Below, one piece after another: positions 48,001 through 60,180 of a stretch of DNA of 64,000 nucleotides. The DNA comes from Toensbergia leucococca (taxonomy: Eukaryota), in the NCBI GenBank assembly GCA_022813965.1, contig JALDZS010000021.1, forward strand, positions 1 to 64,000, given 5' to 3'. Both the position numbers and the translations under genes were made by a program. The notes below the pieces were generated by a model. It made no database searches. It saw nothing but the letters and a program-made list of their open reading frames with translations, and had not been told where the DNA came from. Position 1 is the first letter of the stretch; each line of letters opens with the position of its first letter.

Positions 48001-49342
48001 AAAAGCCACAGCTGCAGGAGCCGCAAGTACAGACTTCCCTGGACCTGCAACACATGCCCCGACGGAGTGCAGCGACAGGGATACCCATTATGATAAAGTG
48101 ATTAATGACGAGGTGATCCCGGCTCCTTTGGGCAAAGTTTATTCGATGATATTCGGACCTGCGTCTGGCGGCTTCATGACTAGATGGCTACTTGACGAGC
48201 AGAAAGTTCAAGATCTTCAAATGGAGGACAACAAGAAAGGACTCTCCGAAGAATCCAGGACTAGGACATTCTCTTACATCAAACCTTTATATGCTTCGAT
48301 TGGGCCAAAGCAAACAAAGTGTCTGATATCGGAGACAATGGATGCTTTCGACCTAGAGAAAGCAGTGTCAATTACTTCTACTACCCAAACGCCAGACGTG
48401 CCTAGTGGAAATGTGTTCAGTGTCAAAACCAAGTATTGTCTTACTTGGGCTCCTGGCAATGGGACAAGACTTGTTATGAATTGCGGAATCGAGTGGACCG
48501 CAAAGAGTTGGTTGAAAGGTTGGATTCTCTCACGCAATCATATCTGGTATTTCTGATGCTGATAGTTCTCAACAGGTCCTATTGAAAAAGGAGCAAACGA
48601 CGGTCAGGTTACCTACGCTGCCGATTTATCGAAAGCCCTGAAAGCGGGTGTTTCATCTAGATCGCGATCTGGTACTGTCGGGTCTAAATTGAAGTCCAAA
48701 GGTCGTCGTAGGAAAGGTGATGGAACTGTAGCAAAGATATCGACTGCCACTGAAATTTCGAATGATTCTCGTGCCAAGCAGAAGACTGATTCATGGGGAC
48801 TTCTTGAACCACTACATGGCGTGCTAGGTCCCATTGGAGATATATTTGGTCCTTTGATTAGTGCCAATATGGTCATCGGGGCGTTAATCGTTCTTTTACT
48901 GATCACATGGCTACGTGGTTCAAAAACATCCTCAGGTCCCGTGGGTTTCCCTGGTTTGATGACACCTGAGCGTATTGCGGCTTATGAGGAAGTTTGGCAA
49001 AGGGAGGAGAGCGAACTTTGGAACTGGCTAGAGGAGCGGGTGGGAATGGAAAGGATTGCATATCCTGCAGTGTCCGACCACGACAGTACTGATGCCGTTG
49101 CCAAAGCAAGGACACAGAGACAGTTGGCACTGAAGGGCAAGAGTGTCAAAGCTCGATTAGCGGAGGAGGCAATGAGTGAGAGAGAAGTCGATGATGCCAT
49201 TAGGATTACAGAGGAAAGGCTGGCCGTGCTGAAAGGAGTAGTGGAGCAAAAGACATCGGCAAAGACTACTGTAATCACGGAAGAAAAGCCAGGTTCAGCA
49301 GTGGATACTGAAGAGCACAGCGACGTTACGACGGGGGCCTGA
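45050..49342 (+). CDS. membrane-anchored sterol transfer protein (GRAM + VASt/StARkin + TM; LAM/Ltc/Ysp2 family), 3 exons
   Basis: KRNRDFHQLFRSVPEDDYLIEDYSCAL..GRIYIS..HICFSSNILGW (GRAM), SYIKPL...GPKQTKC...TPDVPSGNVFSVKT (VASt), and a C-terminal TM. Introns at about 45517-45757 and 48519-48575. Confidence 0.92.
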
Positions 49343-49750
49343 TTGATATCCAGCTAGTGTAGTTGTATTCTTTTACGCATCAAACATGGACAAGAGCGAA
49401 AGAACACTTTCTTTGTCTGCCGGGATCGGCGATTCATGCCAGGAACTTGACATGTTGTTTCGTTTCCCATCCAACAGAATAGTCATAGGCATAGACCTAA
49501 TCGTGAAATACAGGAAAATACGTGACGGAGGCGCAAACCAACACTGCGCCAACACCCTCTGGAAGTGATTACCGAAAAGGACTAGCGTAGATAGTACGCG
49601 CAGCAATGCGATGTTTCTTCAACTTTTGGGCCGTGGATCTGATCATATCAATAAATGCGAAGCGCATCGTGATTTGCCTTGCAGACAACCACAGTGTTGC
49701 TCCATTTAATCTTTCTGCACAGCCTTTTCAACATAACCTTCCCTTCAAAC

Positions 49751-51769
49751 ATGGGCGAATACGATAAATTCACTGTAGTCAAACTCAGGGACGAGCTCAC
49801 AAAGCGTGGACTTCCAAAGACTGGACTGAAGGCCGTCCTCGTTGCCCGATTGACTGAAGCCGATGCACAAATCGAGTCAGAAACTCAAGCATCAAATGTC
49901 CAAGTGCCCGTGTTAAAAACAGCCGAGGACAGCCAGACAGTGAAGGAAGGCGCGCCGACACGAGCTCAAGACCAGAGTGAAGAAGGAGAAGGCGCCCCCA
50001 CTATCAATGACACAGAATCCTTGGTAGAGTCAAGGAAGAACGAAAACGAGAATGGAAAAAATATCATAGAGACACTTGAACCGGCTACAGAGAATGCGCC
50101 CGCAATCGAGCACCAACATTCTGCCCTAGAACATACTCGGCTTGGTCAGACGCCAGAGCATGACACTACTAAAGAGGATCGAACAATCTCGCCAGTTGAA
50201 AAGGTTCCACCAGATACAGAGGCAGATATGGCGACTGTTGAAAAAGATCTGAAGGATGCGAAGCTACACAAAAGCCAAGGTGCAACCTCTGACTTGGATC
50301 ATGTGCCTGTCGAAACGCAAACTACGCTCAACGAAGAAATTGCGGCGCCTATAAACGCCTCAGCTGAGTCCACACAACTCTCGTCCAACGCCGAGGACTT
50401 ATTAGACTCCAAAAAGAGAAAGAGGAGAAGCCAGAGCCCACCACCTTCGGCTGTTGAGGCGGCGCAGAAAAGAGCAAAGGCAGAAGATGGCAGTCCTCGT
50501 GTTAGGTTACCTGAAGATCAAGTCACATGTATCGTAGCAGACGGCCATCATGAAGATGCTAAAGACACCGCAATGGCCGATTTACGCCCCGACGAAGTAC
50601 CAGATGACTTCCCAGTAAGCAGAAAAGTTGACTCCGCTATTGACAACGATGTCTCGATGCAAGAAGATACTTCAATCTTGAGAGAAGAAGCCAATGCGAA
50701 GACATCATTTTCACCAAATCAAGACTCTGCAGAACACGATCATTCAGAGTCTCGGCCCGCGAAGATGGAGACAACACCACCATCTACAAACATAGACTCA
50801 TCATTTAAGCCTTCTCCATCAGATACAAGATTCAAAAATCTCTTTACAGCGCCATCCAAGCGTGACGGCTCGCCAATCAGACAGACATTGTATCCAGACG
50901 CAGAAGATCGAGTGGTCAGACCTGCTCTCCATCCAGCTACCTCGGCTTTGTACGTCCGTGACTTCATGCGTCCTCTCCACTCTGGAAATCTCAAAGACCA
51001 CCTCATAAATTTGGCTACCCCACCAGATAGTGCTTCTGATACCGAGATTGTCACAGAATTCTTCCTTGATCCCATCCGAACGCATTGCCTGGTTCAATTT
51101 TCTAGCACATCTGCTGCCTCAAGAGTCCGGTCGGGATTACATGATCGAGTATGGCCAGATGAAAGAACTAGGAAACCGTTATGGGTGGATTTCGTCCCAG
51201 AAGAGAAGCTCAGGAAGTGGATCGAAGTAGAGACGGAAGCATCGGGCGGCAGAGGACAATCTGCAAAGCGTTGGGAAGTGGTATACGAGGATGAAGCCGA
51301 TGGTATGAAAGCGTACCTACAAGAAGCCGGTTCAAATCAAGGTCCTCGACCTGGAGTATCTACTACCATCAGGCCAGAAGGTGGACAGGGTGTCCAAGGG
51401 GCACCTTCAGGACCTCGTGCTAAGGAACCTGAGACGCGAACAGCACAGCCAAACACATCATCGAAGACCGACAGTGGAAAGGGGTTCAAAGCGTTGGACG
51501 ATCTATTTAAGTCTACATCTGCGAAGCCAAAACTTTACTACCTCCCTGTTGGGCCAAAAATCGTAGACAAGAGGTTGGATAAGCTTGCAGCTGGTCGTGG
51601 CGGGGGAAGGGGGGAGGAAATGAGAAGGTTTACATTTGAAGAGGATGTTCTTGTGGATCGAGGACCAGAATTCGGAAGTCGGGGCAGAGGGGGGTTTGGG
51701 GGGCGAGGGGCTGGTTATATGGGGAGAGGAGGGACCTGGCGGGGGGACAATCGGAGAGAGAAGCGCTGA
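49751..51769 (+). CDS. Acinus-like SAP-domain / RRM / RSB-motif protein
   Basis: SAP motif (TVVKLRDELTKRGLPKTGLKAVLVARL), RRM-like (ALYVRDFMRP...DPIRTHCLVQF...LHDRVWP), RSB motif LDDLFKSTSAKPKLYYLP, and an RGG tail. Confidence 0.88.
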   Translation: MGEYDKFTVVKLRDELTKRGLPKTGLKAVLVARLTEADAQIESETQASNVQVPVLKTAEDSQTVKEGAPTRAQDQSEEGEGAPTINDTESLVESRKNENENGKNIIETLEPATENAPAIEHQHSALEHTRLGQTPEHDTTKEDRTISPVEKVPPDTEADMATVEKDLKDAKLHKSQGATSDLDHVPVETQTTLNEEIAAPINASAESTQLSSNAEDLLDSKKRKRRSQSPPPSAVEAAQKRAKAEDGSPRVRLPEDQVTCIVADGHHEDAKDTAMADLRPDEVPDDFPVSRKVDSAIDNDVSMQEDTSILREEANAKTSFSPNQDSAEHDHSESRPAKMETTPPSTNIDSSFKPSPSDTRFKNLFTAPSKRDGSPIRQTLYPDAEDRVVRPALHPATSALYVRDFMRPLHSGNLKDHLINLATPPDSASDTEIVTEFFLDPIRTHCLVQFSSTSAASRVRSGLHDRVWPDERTRKPLWVDFVPEEKLRKWIEVETEASGGRGQSAKRWEVVYEDEADGMKAYLQEAGSNQGPRPGVSTTIRPEGGQGVQGAPSGPRAKEPETRTAQPNTSSKTDSGKGFKALDDLFKSTSAKPKLYYLPVGPKIVDKRLDKLAAGRGGGRGEEMRRFTFEEDVLVDRGPEFGSRGRGGFGGRGAGYMGRGGTWRGDNRREKR

Positions 51770-52548
51770 CGGGAAGAGTACGACGAGCAGGGCAACAGCG
51801 GCGGCAAAGGGATGTTGACGCATGATACCCGCATAGTCGGACACAAGATTTTTTTTCTCCATTTCTAGTTGCGGTCACCAATCTGAATGACTGCTAATCT
51901 AATCTGAACTGAGCGTGAAGAGGCTGAGCGTCGCCGGAGGTCGTCTGAGCGAGCAATACAGGGGCCCCATTCTCAGCTTCGTTAGTTTTCTGAAGGGGCC
52001 AAAAGTGGCCCCCACACGGCTACAGTTACTTGCAGAATTGAACACCGTTTCTACCACCACATAGGCAAGGAACTTTAGTATAACACCGAATGATTTTACA
52101 GGACCGATGTACTTGATTCATCCCATACCTAGGTTAGCTGCAGAATTCATTGTAGGGCTAAGTGTAACTAGCAATTTTCGGGTGCTAATCTCACCACTGT
52201 GGCCTTGGCGAATTTCGCCAAGGCCACCATTTCCCGCCCACAACACCGTGGATGCACATTGGTGCTGTGCCCAACCACAAAAAGTGGGCCTCGCTTTTGT
52301 TCCCTTACGTGGGCTCGTGTTTTCCCCTGCTGCTTTCCCTTCCCTCCCCCTCTCTCTCCTTCACCTTCCCTCTACAACGGATACAATGGCCTACGTCGTT
52401 ACAACCGCTGACGATGCTCGACCCCTGGCCCTGTATCGCTAATCCTGGCCAAGCTCCTCCGAGTGGCGAACCTTTCATTCCCGTTTCAAGACAAACGCTG
52501 TTGCCACGGCCATGTGATCTTGAAAGGACCGCCACCGGTGGAGTGCAA

Positions 52549-53417
52549 TCAAGGCACTGTGCTTACACCTTTGAAGGCTAATTCTCTACGATCCCTCCAA
52601 ACAGTGCACGGATTGAATCGCCAAGCGCCACAATGTCGCTTGGCAAACCAGTAGTGGATGACATAAGGCACAAAGAACGGTACAGACGGGAAGTCATGCA
52701 TGCCGCCTTCGAAGCTCCTGTCTGCGGTTCCAAACACGAGGGGGGCGATTCGATACTAAGACAGAATCAGTGACGTTAATAAATTTGCTTTTACATCAAA
52801 GTATGTCTGACATTGTCTGTAGCCATTAGGGTTTTTTCCAGTTGTCGATAAGCTTGCCGTATACGCCCGCTGTCGTACCTGTCGAGAGCTCGTAGAGTTT
52901 CAATCTCATCATGCAGATGTTGAATTAATGGCTCCGCAAAGGCTTCAATGAGGCTCCTGGTCTTCCGTCCATCATAGTTTTCAGGAAGACAAGTCTGAGA
53001 ATACTCCTGAAACAGATCAAATCCCGGCGTGAATGCTCGGTGTTGCTCTATATTGCGTTCCATGATTCCTGGGGCATCTGCTATCAGCTCTATGCTCGGG
53101 AAGAAATCCTTTTCTTCGGCATCGTGGTGGTGGTGCATGGATTCACACCAGCATTGGCAATATGTCAGGAAGTCTTGAATCGCGTCCAGGTCTTCGCGCG
53201 GTATGTGCGTCGCTTGGAGAAAGATGGAATTCAATCCTCGGAGAATGCCATTGTGGGCAAGTGCCATCTGCGTTGCAACATAGTATGCTGCGTGGGATGA
53301 CTATGAGGATACGTTGAGTGATGCAAAACCTCAGTAAAGAAATGACAAACGTACATCTTTTGAGAATGGATCTGTAGAAATAAGAGAATACGGCTTATCT
53401 ACCCACTGAGAAGACAT
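52549..53417 (-). CDS. hemerythrin/HHE cation-binding domain protein, 3 exons
   Basis: MALAHNGILRGLNSI, HHHHDAEE..FFP, NIEQHRAF..G, HLHDEI. Exon 1 is MSSQWVDKPYSLI and the last exon contains GAWRFNPC. Confidence 0.88.
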
Positions 53418-53710
53418 ATTGGCTGGTCCAGGAGTAGCACAATCCGACGTCAATCTCGCAGTAGCAGGAAGTTAGCAACAGATTTACTGAAAGAAAGATA
53501 ATGTGCAACCACGTAACAGTCTTTTGGTCCGGACAATTTCTATTAGAAATGCATTGCTTTGAATTTACTAATCGCGGCGCAACTCGATTCCGGCTTTTCT
53601 AGCAATCGGCGCGGGGCCGAAGCCATAAAGTATATATACCACACCCACTTGCGCTCGAAACCAGGAAACCCCGCGTTTATTATTACAGCCAGTGCAACTA
53701 AATTGCAACT

Positions 53711-54581
53711 ATGAAGGTCCTTCTTGTTGGAGCAGGCGGTAATCTGGGTATTCGCCTTGTCGCAGCGCTCCTCACACATGGCCACAGCGTTGTTGCGTTC
53801 GTCCGGTCCTCGAACAAACTCGAGTCTCTTCTTCCATCGTCTGTATACGGCCAGATCGCTGTTGTTCAGGGCGATGCCACGGATCGAGTCTCAATTAAGA
53901 AGGCCATCTTGGATGCCAATTGTGATGCTGTTGTCAATACCGCCGGTGTAGCGGCCTTGCCTCCTTGGGGAAACAGTGGACTGCCTGCGATATTCCGCGC
54001 AGTCCTGGACGCTGTTCGAGAAGCGGGATTGGACAGAAACAAGCCGTTGAGAGCTTGGTTCCTAGGTGGTCTGGGAGTATTATACTTCCCAGGATCAGAA
54101 TCGATGTTCTCGAACTAGTAAGTGCAGTCACAATAGCATTCCCACCTCATACATGCCGTTTGTACCTACTTTAAAGAGATTAGCTCGGAGGTTCATCGAC
54201 TCTGGAATACTAAGAGCCTGTAGTGTTCCCATCTACCTCGAACACCGCCAAAACCTCCACCTTCTTAAGTCTCTCCCACCAGACACGCTCGACTGGTCTA
54301 TGCTTTGCCCAAGCACCATGACCCCAGAGTCCTCAGAAGTCAATGTACCTACGAAAACTTCGCATGGGAGATTGATCGCAAATGCCGCGACTCCACCATC
54401 ATGGCAAGATTCCTGGATAAAGTACATCCCCTTGATAGGGAGGACGCTTTTGTGCGCTATGAATGCCGGTCGCTATGAAACCACACTTGAACAGAACGCA
54501 GAATTCATTGCTGGTGACCTCGAGAGCTACGAGAGTCGGTGGAGTGGGACGACAGTAGGAGTTATCGACGGGTCAAAGTGA
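53711..54581 (+). CDS. NAD(P)-binding Rossmann oxidoreductase (atypical SDR, BVR-B/flavin reductase-like), 2 exons
   Basis: MKVLLVGAGGNLG, GHSVVAFVRS..KL, VQGDATD, DAVVNTAG, GGLG.L, LDWSMLCP. Intron at about 54118-54223. Confidence 0.85.
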
Positions 54582-55373
54582 TCTCAGCTTACACATGTGA
54601 TTAATTATTCTGGATTTCCATCGCGGAATTTGTTTAACATCTCGACTCTATTCGTGCTCAGATTCATTTTCGTGAAAACAGAGTGCAGGCGAAAACAGTA
54701 AAACGCCTGTCCAATTGAATTAATGCATCAAATTTCTTTAACAGCGTCGCCATCGTGTAGATATTATTCCAACGACACTTCCGAGAAGAACGGGCTCTGA
54801 TCGTGGTCCCATTCATAAATTCTCGCATCTCAGGTCAACGTCTGTATTCGTAATAAATGCTAGAATAAGAGATGTTAGTCCAATTATCATCAAGAAAATT
54901 GCAATGTGGCGTAATGTCTGAAGCGGGCAGTGCTTACAATACGTGTCGGCACCACTAAGCCACTTGCACTTCCACCTCTTTGCAGCAGGCGCATAGAGCT
55001 TTCAACTTCACAAAAACCATCATACACTCCTTTCGTTTTGATATCACTAAGACCTCGGTCAAAGCCCATCAATCAACTTGCGCCGGTAGCAAATCCATCT
55101 CTGCGCATTCAGTGACATGAGGAGGCGGTGAAACAAAGCAACTCCGAGACAAGGGAGCGTTTTACCAGCCCACCACAATACGTTCAGATCTCGATCATAC
55201 CACTGTGTACTTGCATATCTATCTAGCCCTGGCGATCTCGTATCCTCAACGGCGCTGTCATATCGACCGGAGCTGCTTCCTCGGGGCGCGTGAGAGACTT
55301 CATATTCTACCGTGCGTAGGACAACCGAATTCGCCGTTGCTACACATCACAAGGCGCCGAACGCAGGCTCAGC

Positions 55374-57329
55374 ATGGGCTGGCCAAAATGTAATACGACA
55401 TTGGAGTACGAGTCCAGTATGTTAGGAATTAGGAACAGTCTTGTTGAAGAAACTGCTTGCTGAATTGCTTCACTTAGTCAACGAAGTCCCGTTATGGAAA
55501 AGCTTTACCTTCCATCGCTTTGGCCTCATATTGTCTGCTGTCTTCGGCTTGATCGCAGTGGTTGCGTCGGTCTACTTAATTTATAGACACGCCACGCATT
55601 ATCTTAAGCCATGGGAGCAACGGCAGTATGTCCACCCGCCTCTATATTTATTTCCGTGACCCTCCTGACTGATGGTAGTATCATTCGAGTCCTCTTCATG
55701 GTTCCAATCTACTCAACAGTTTCCTTTCTATCCTACCTTTTTTATCGACATGCCGTGTATTTCGAGGTCCTTCGAGATTGCTACGAGGCATTCGCCATTG
55801 CAAGTTTCTTTTCGTTGCTTTGTAACTACATTGCGCCGGATTTGCATAGCCAGAAAGACTATTTCAGAGGATTGACACCCAGGCCATGGGTTTGGCCGCT
55901 CAGCCAGTTCAAGAGGTGTTGTGGTGGTGGAGAACATGGATGGTTGAGAACGCCAAGAAGCGGGCTGACACTTTTCAATGTACGAGTCCTTTTATCCTGA
56001 CAGGTTCTGAGTAGAATGCTGAAAGTGTGGGAAGATCTTGTGGCTCGGAGTATTTCAGTATTGTTTCATCCGCGTCTTCATGACTATTGTCGCCGTTATC
56101 ACGCAGGCGGCGGGTAAATATTGCCTAGAGTCGCTGAATCCAGCCTTCGCACATGTCTGGGTAAGCTCGGCTTCGGGGCTCTCGGAAGAGGTTCACAGCT
56201 AATATTGTATAGGTCATGGTGATAGAAGGAATTTGCGTCTCAATTGCCATGTACTGCATAATCCAGTTTTACCTTCAAATTCGATTCGATATTGCAGAAC
56301 ACCGGCCGTTTCTCAAATTACTCTCTATCAAGCTGGTCATCTTCCTCTCATTTTGGCAGACTGTACTATGACTCCTGCCCTTGCCCTGTCCATATGTCAG
56401 ATCCACTAATTCAAGCATAGCTTCTCATCTCCTTCCTGACATCCTCTGGAGCCATCAAGCCATCTCCGCATCTCGCGGCACCTGATATCAAGATTGGGAT
56501 TCCTTCGCTCCTGCTTTGCATTGAGATGTCGATCTTTAGCATTCTACATCTTTGGGCATTCCCTTGGAGAACATACGACATCAACCGTTCGTCCATTGTT
56601 GCCGCCGAGTCAGGGCCTGGATTCCTCCCAGATCCCAAAACAGCTTACAAGGGCGGTCCAATGGGAATCAAGGCTCTCCTTGATGCTTTCAATCCCTGGG
56701 ACCTTGTCAAAGCAGTAGGCAGAGCGTTCAAGTGGCTTGTCATTGGCCGAAAAAAGAGAGAGCAAGACGTCAGCTATAAAAATCACATTCAAGGCACAGG
56801 GCTTGAGCCCACTCGAGGTAGCAATGCTTCCAAAGGCCCCATAGATCACAATGCAACTTTTGTGGGCGGGAAGCCAGGGCGCTATCAACCACTCGATGGT
56901 GACGACCAAGATCGTATTCTGTCACACGCACAGCCCCTGGCAGGCAGCAATCTCAAAGCGGCGGCCCCGTACTCGTTGCGCCGTCCCGACGCTCCAGATG
57001 CCCGCTATCACGACGGTGATCTTGGTTCCATGGGCACTGCAGGAAGATACAATGAAGATCAAGATCACCTACGAACCATGCACCCTACGCCAGGAACCAT
57101 GCGACGAGGTCAGAAGCCTGATCTTCAAGAGACCGGCATCATCCGAGAGAGACCAATTGACGAGCAAGACACGGGATATCACGGCGCGAGTCTTACACCT
57201 GCGCCGTCGTACCCGGGAAAGAGCGAACCGGATGGCGAGGAGGGCTGGAATGTATGGAGTGGACACCATGGGGACGGGAAAAGTGGGGACTATGACGGAA
57301 GGACGGAGTTTGATGATAATCGATTTTAA
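55374..57329 (+). CDS. TMEM184/OST-alpha (DUF300) family transporter-like protein, about 6 exons
   Basis: HATHYLKPWEQR-IIRVLFMVPIYS, RDCYEAFAIASFFSLL, GVFQY, AMYCIIQFY, KLLSIKLVIFLSFWQ, LLCIEM, AFNPWD. Confidence 0.92.
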
Positions 57330-58399
57330 ACGATGTGATTTTGGGGTGGGGCGTAAGGGATGGGCGATATTTTGGGTCTGGGCGGCCATGAGGCGCAGCT
57401 GGAGTTTTTTTTTCTAGTGAGTGGGGTTTTCATTTCACGTGTGTGTAGATATACACCAACTCGTATCTGTAGATGTCTGTTATAGCAGAGTCCTTTTGAG
57501 TCATGGATCTTCGTTTGAGCGTTTTGAGACACGATTGATTTTTCCTGTGTTGGATTGAACCAAATTTCCCTCTGCCACAAGTACAAAAATTACCACTCTC
57601 TTAGCTGTCTGATCAGCCATTTCGTTACCTGACACCTCTGTGTGGGCTGGTATTCAGTTTTGTTCTCCTCCTCAGGGCACTGAACAGGGCGAAGACGATC
57701 TGCTATAGGATACTTTGCCCGGACTGATTAAACCAGCGAACAGAAGGTTAATTTCAGACAAAAGGTTCACTTCATACAGAAGGTTCAGAAGTTTGCTTCA
57801 CAAGCCAGCCCAAAGCTACCTAATATAAAAAAAAGCTCAAGACTTCCCCTCTAGTATTTGTTCAGTACTGAGAACAGTTACTACCTATCCATCGATCAAT
57901 ACTCAATCTGTTGTCAACATGGCTGTCTCTTCTCCTGAGAAAAAGAATCATCCTTTCGATGAAATTAATGCAACCTCGGTATGTGCTTCGGACTCAATAT
58001 TCATCTTCCCTTATAACCTTCATACCTTAATTGTCATCGCGCCTTCTGCTCCTGAAGATCCACATCAATTTGCTCATTTTGTTGGACAACAACAACATCG
58101 ACCACATGCAAATGCCTCTGTGTACGTCCGGTTGAGAACGAGCAGCTTGTGAGAAAGTCTAAACACTCAGGTATACTATTCCATTCCCCTGTTGTTGTGT
58201 GGTGGCAAGAAGGCACACCTCGACATGATAGTCATTACCACACTATATTTAATCTTACTTGCTCGAGGACTTGACCTGATCTTTTATATTCTCTCGGTAT
58301 AGAATCAACTAGTTCAAATCACTTGCTCCTGTGGCTTAGGTTTCTGGCGACACCTGCAGGGTCTGTCATCTGTTGTGTCAACCCCTACCATTATCTTCT

Positions 58400-60180
58400 G
58401 GACTGAAATGCTTCCCCTTACCGTTGTCCTTGGATCGTCGAGCTAGATTCTCCTCCGAGTCTTATAACAAGAAACCTCTCATTCTTTGGATCTAGTCCAG
58501 GTACAGAGAAGCCTTCACTGGGCATCTCCTCCCTTACCCACGACTTTGAGAGGTACTCGTTCAATCTATCCTCATCTTCATCCTCGTCACCGGAAAGACC
58601 AGTACACTCGTCCTCCCCTGCTCCCATCTTACCTACTCTTGTAGGTATAACTCAACCAACCTTCACCACATGTGGGACCTTCTCTGGCAAGGCAGGACAG
58701 TCAGCATTCCGGTGGTCAAAGAAACTTGAGTATGATCTCACTCCTTTCGCTAACGCTGATGGCACCATCCCATCATCAAAATACTTGGAGGCGGTAAACA
58801 CGCTCTTGTATGACGATGCAGAACTGTGGGCTGGGCCCACAATGAAGGCGGCCGACCTACTGGAAGAGGAGAGCCCTACTTCTCGAACAGCCTCCGACTT
58901 CAAGCTTTACTTCTTTGATAATATTACCTCCGGACCATCGAGCCCATCACCATGGACTTAGATTCAGAGATAGCAGACCTCCAATAACACCCCCGTCCGC
59001 TTTTCTTCTCTTCCTTGTCACCAACTTCTGTTGTTTTTGGACTGTTGCCGTAGTTCTCGATTCTTGGACTGTTGCCATAACTCTTGATCCCCGATCGAAT
59101 ATTCACTGATCATCTTATACAATGCCGAGATTCGTCTTCTCCATCAAGCCAATTTGGCTTATCCTCGTCATCTCTGCCAAGACTCTACAAAAATATTCGG
59201 AAACAGCTGGCAGAATGAGACTGGGCCCTACCCATACGTGCCGGTATACACTTGACCTATGAATGTGAACCACAGCCTTATTCCAAGACGGTCTTCTCCA
59301 ACTACGGAGATTATGGGTTTTCAGGACGGAAACAACATTCATTTCTGTGGCTTGGAGCTTTACTGGAGAAGAACTCAGGATCGAAACATTTCGTTCAATG
59401 AGGGTGTAACAAGTCTAGTGACTGTACACTCATTGAAAGCTCTAACTGTCGACCTTCTCAGCTATGCGTGCAATTTCGTTTGTAGGAAGTGCAGTAAGTG
59501 AATCAGATACTCAAAGCCTCATAAAACAGTGCTAATATGTTTAGATGTCGCTTTTGCTGAGATCTGTTGCGGAGAAGTTACATCGTCTCACAGAATTTCA
59601 ACTGAAAGATAATCCTGTGAAGCAGCCGTATGGGCAGTTCAATCAGCGTGCAAGACATTGACTGGACAACGGGCACGCTCGGAGGATATCTGGAATTGAA
59701 ACATGGCAGCTTCACTAGGATATGCGCTCTGACATGCCATCATGTGCTGAGGCCGTCACCTGGCGATTCAAGCGCAGTGATTCCTCTTCAATATTAGAGT
59801 GAGTTCGAAGACATTATCTGTATAAGTTTGATCAAGCCAGCTGACTCTATCATGGCCATTTAGCTCTTCTAAAGATGGCGGCATCAATAAATGTCATCCA
59901 AGCCTTGGTGATCATACTAGAAGTGTTGCTATAGTTCAAGCGCGAGTAGACTCATGCAACTCGCACTTAAAGTCTCACCTTGAGAACATAGATATGCTGG
60001 GGGACGATGCGCCTCCAAGGCATCAAAGGGCGATCAATATTTTCAGCGAGCAAAGAACCATACGTCAGACACGTATCACAAACGCTGCTGTTAATACAGG
60101 CTGCCATGAACCTTGGCCCTTGAATCGGAGGTACTTGTGAGGGGAAAAAGAAATGAGAGGCCTTTCTTCTCAACGATTAA
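58400..60180 (+). mobile_element. highly degenerate Ty3/gypsy LTR-retrotransposon relic (gag, zinc knuckle and RT remnants)
   Basis: Gag-like FSGKAGQSAFRWSKKLEYDL...IPSSKYLEAVNTLLYDDAELWA (58670-58835) and a decayed CxxC..H knuckle near 59115-59160. RT-like remnants HRIST..NPVKQPY, WRF, HLKSHLENI and YVRHVS occur with many stops and frameshifts. No intact YxDD and no LTR pair. Confidence 0.55.
59039..59092. repeat. 27-bp imperfect tandem duplication
   Basis: ggactgttgccgtagttctcgattctt and ggactgttgccataactcttgatccc. Confidence 0.7.

Noticed and set aside
52100..52548. Short ORFs downstream of the hemerythrin gene, with a Cys-containing peptide considered as a Zn2Cys6 remnant
   Set aside because: The cysteine spacing does not fit CxxCx6Cx5-9CxxCx6C.
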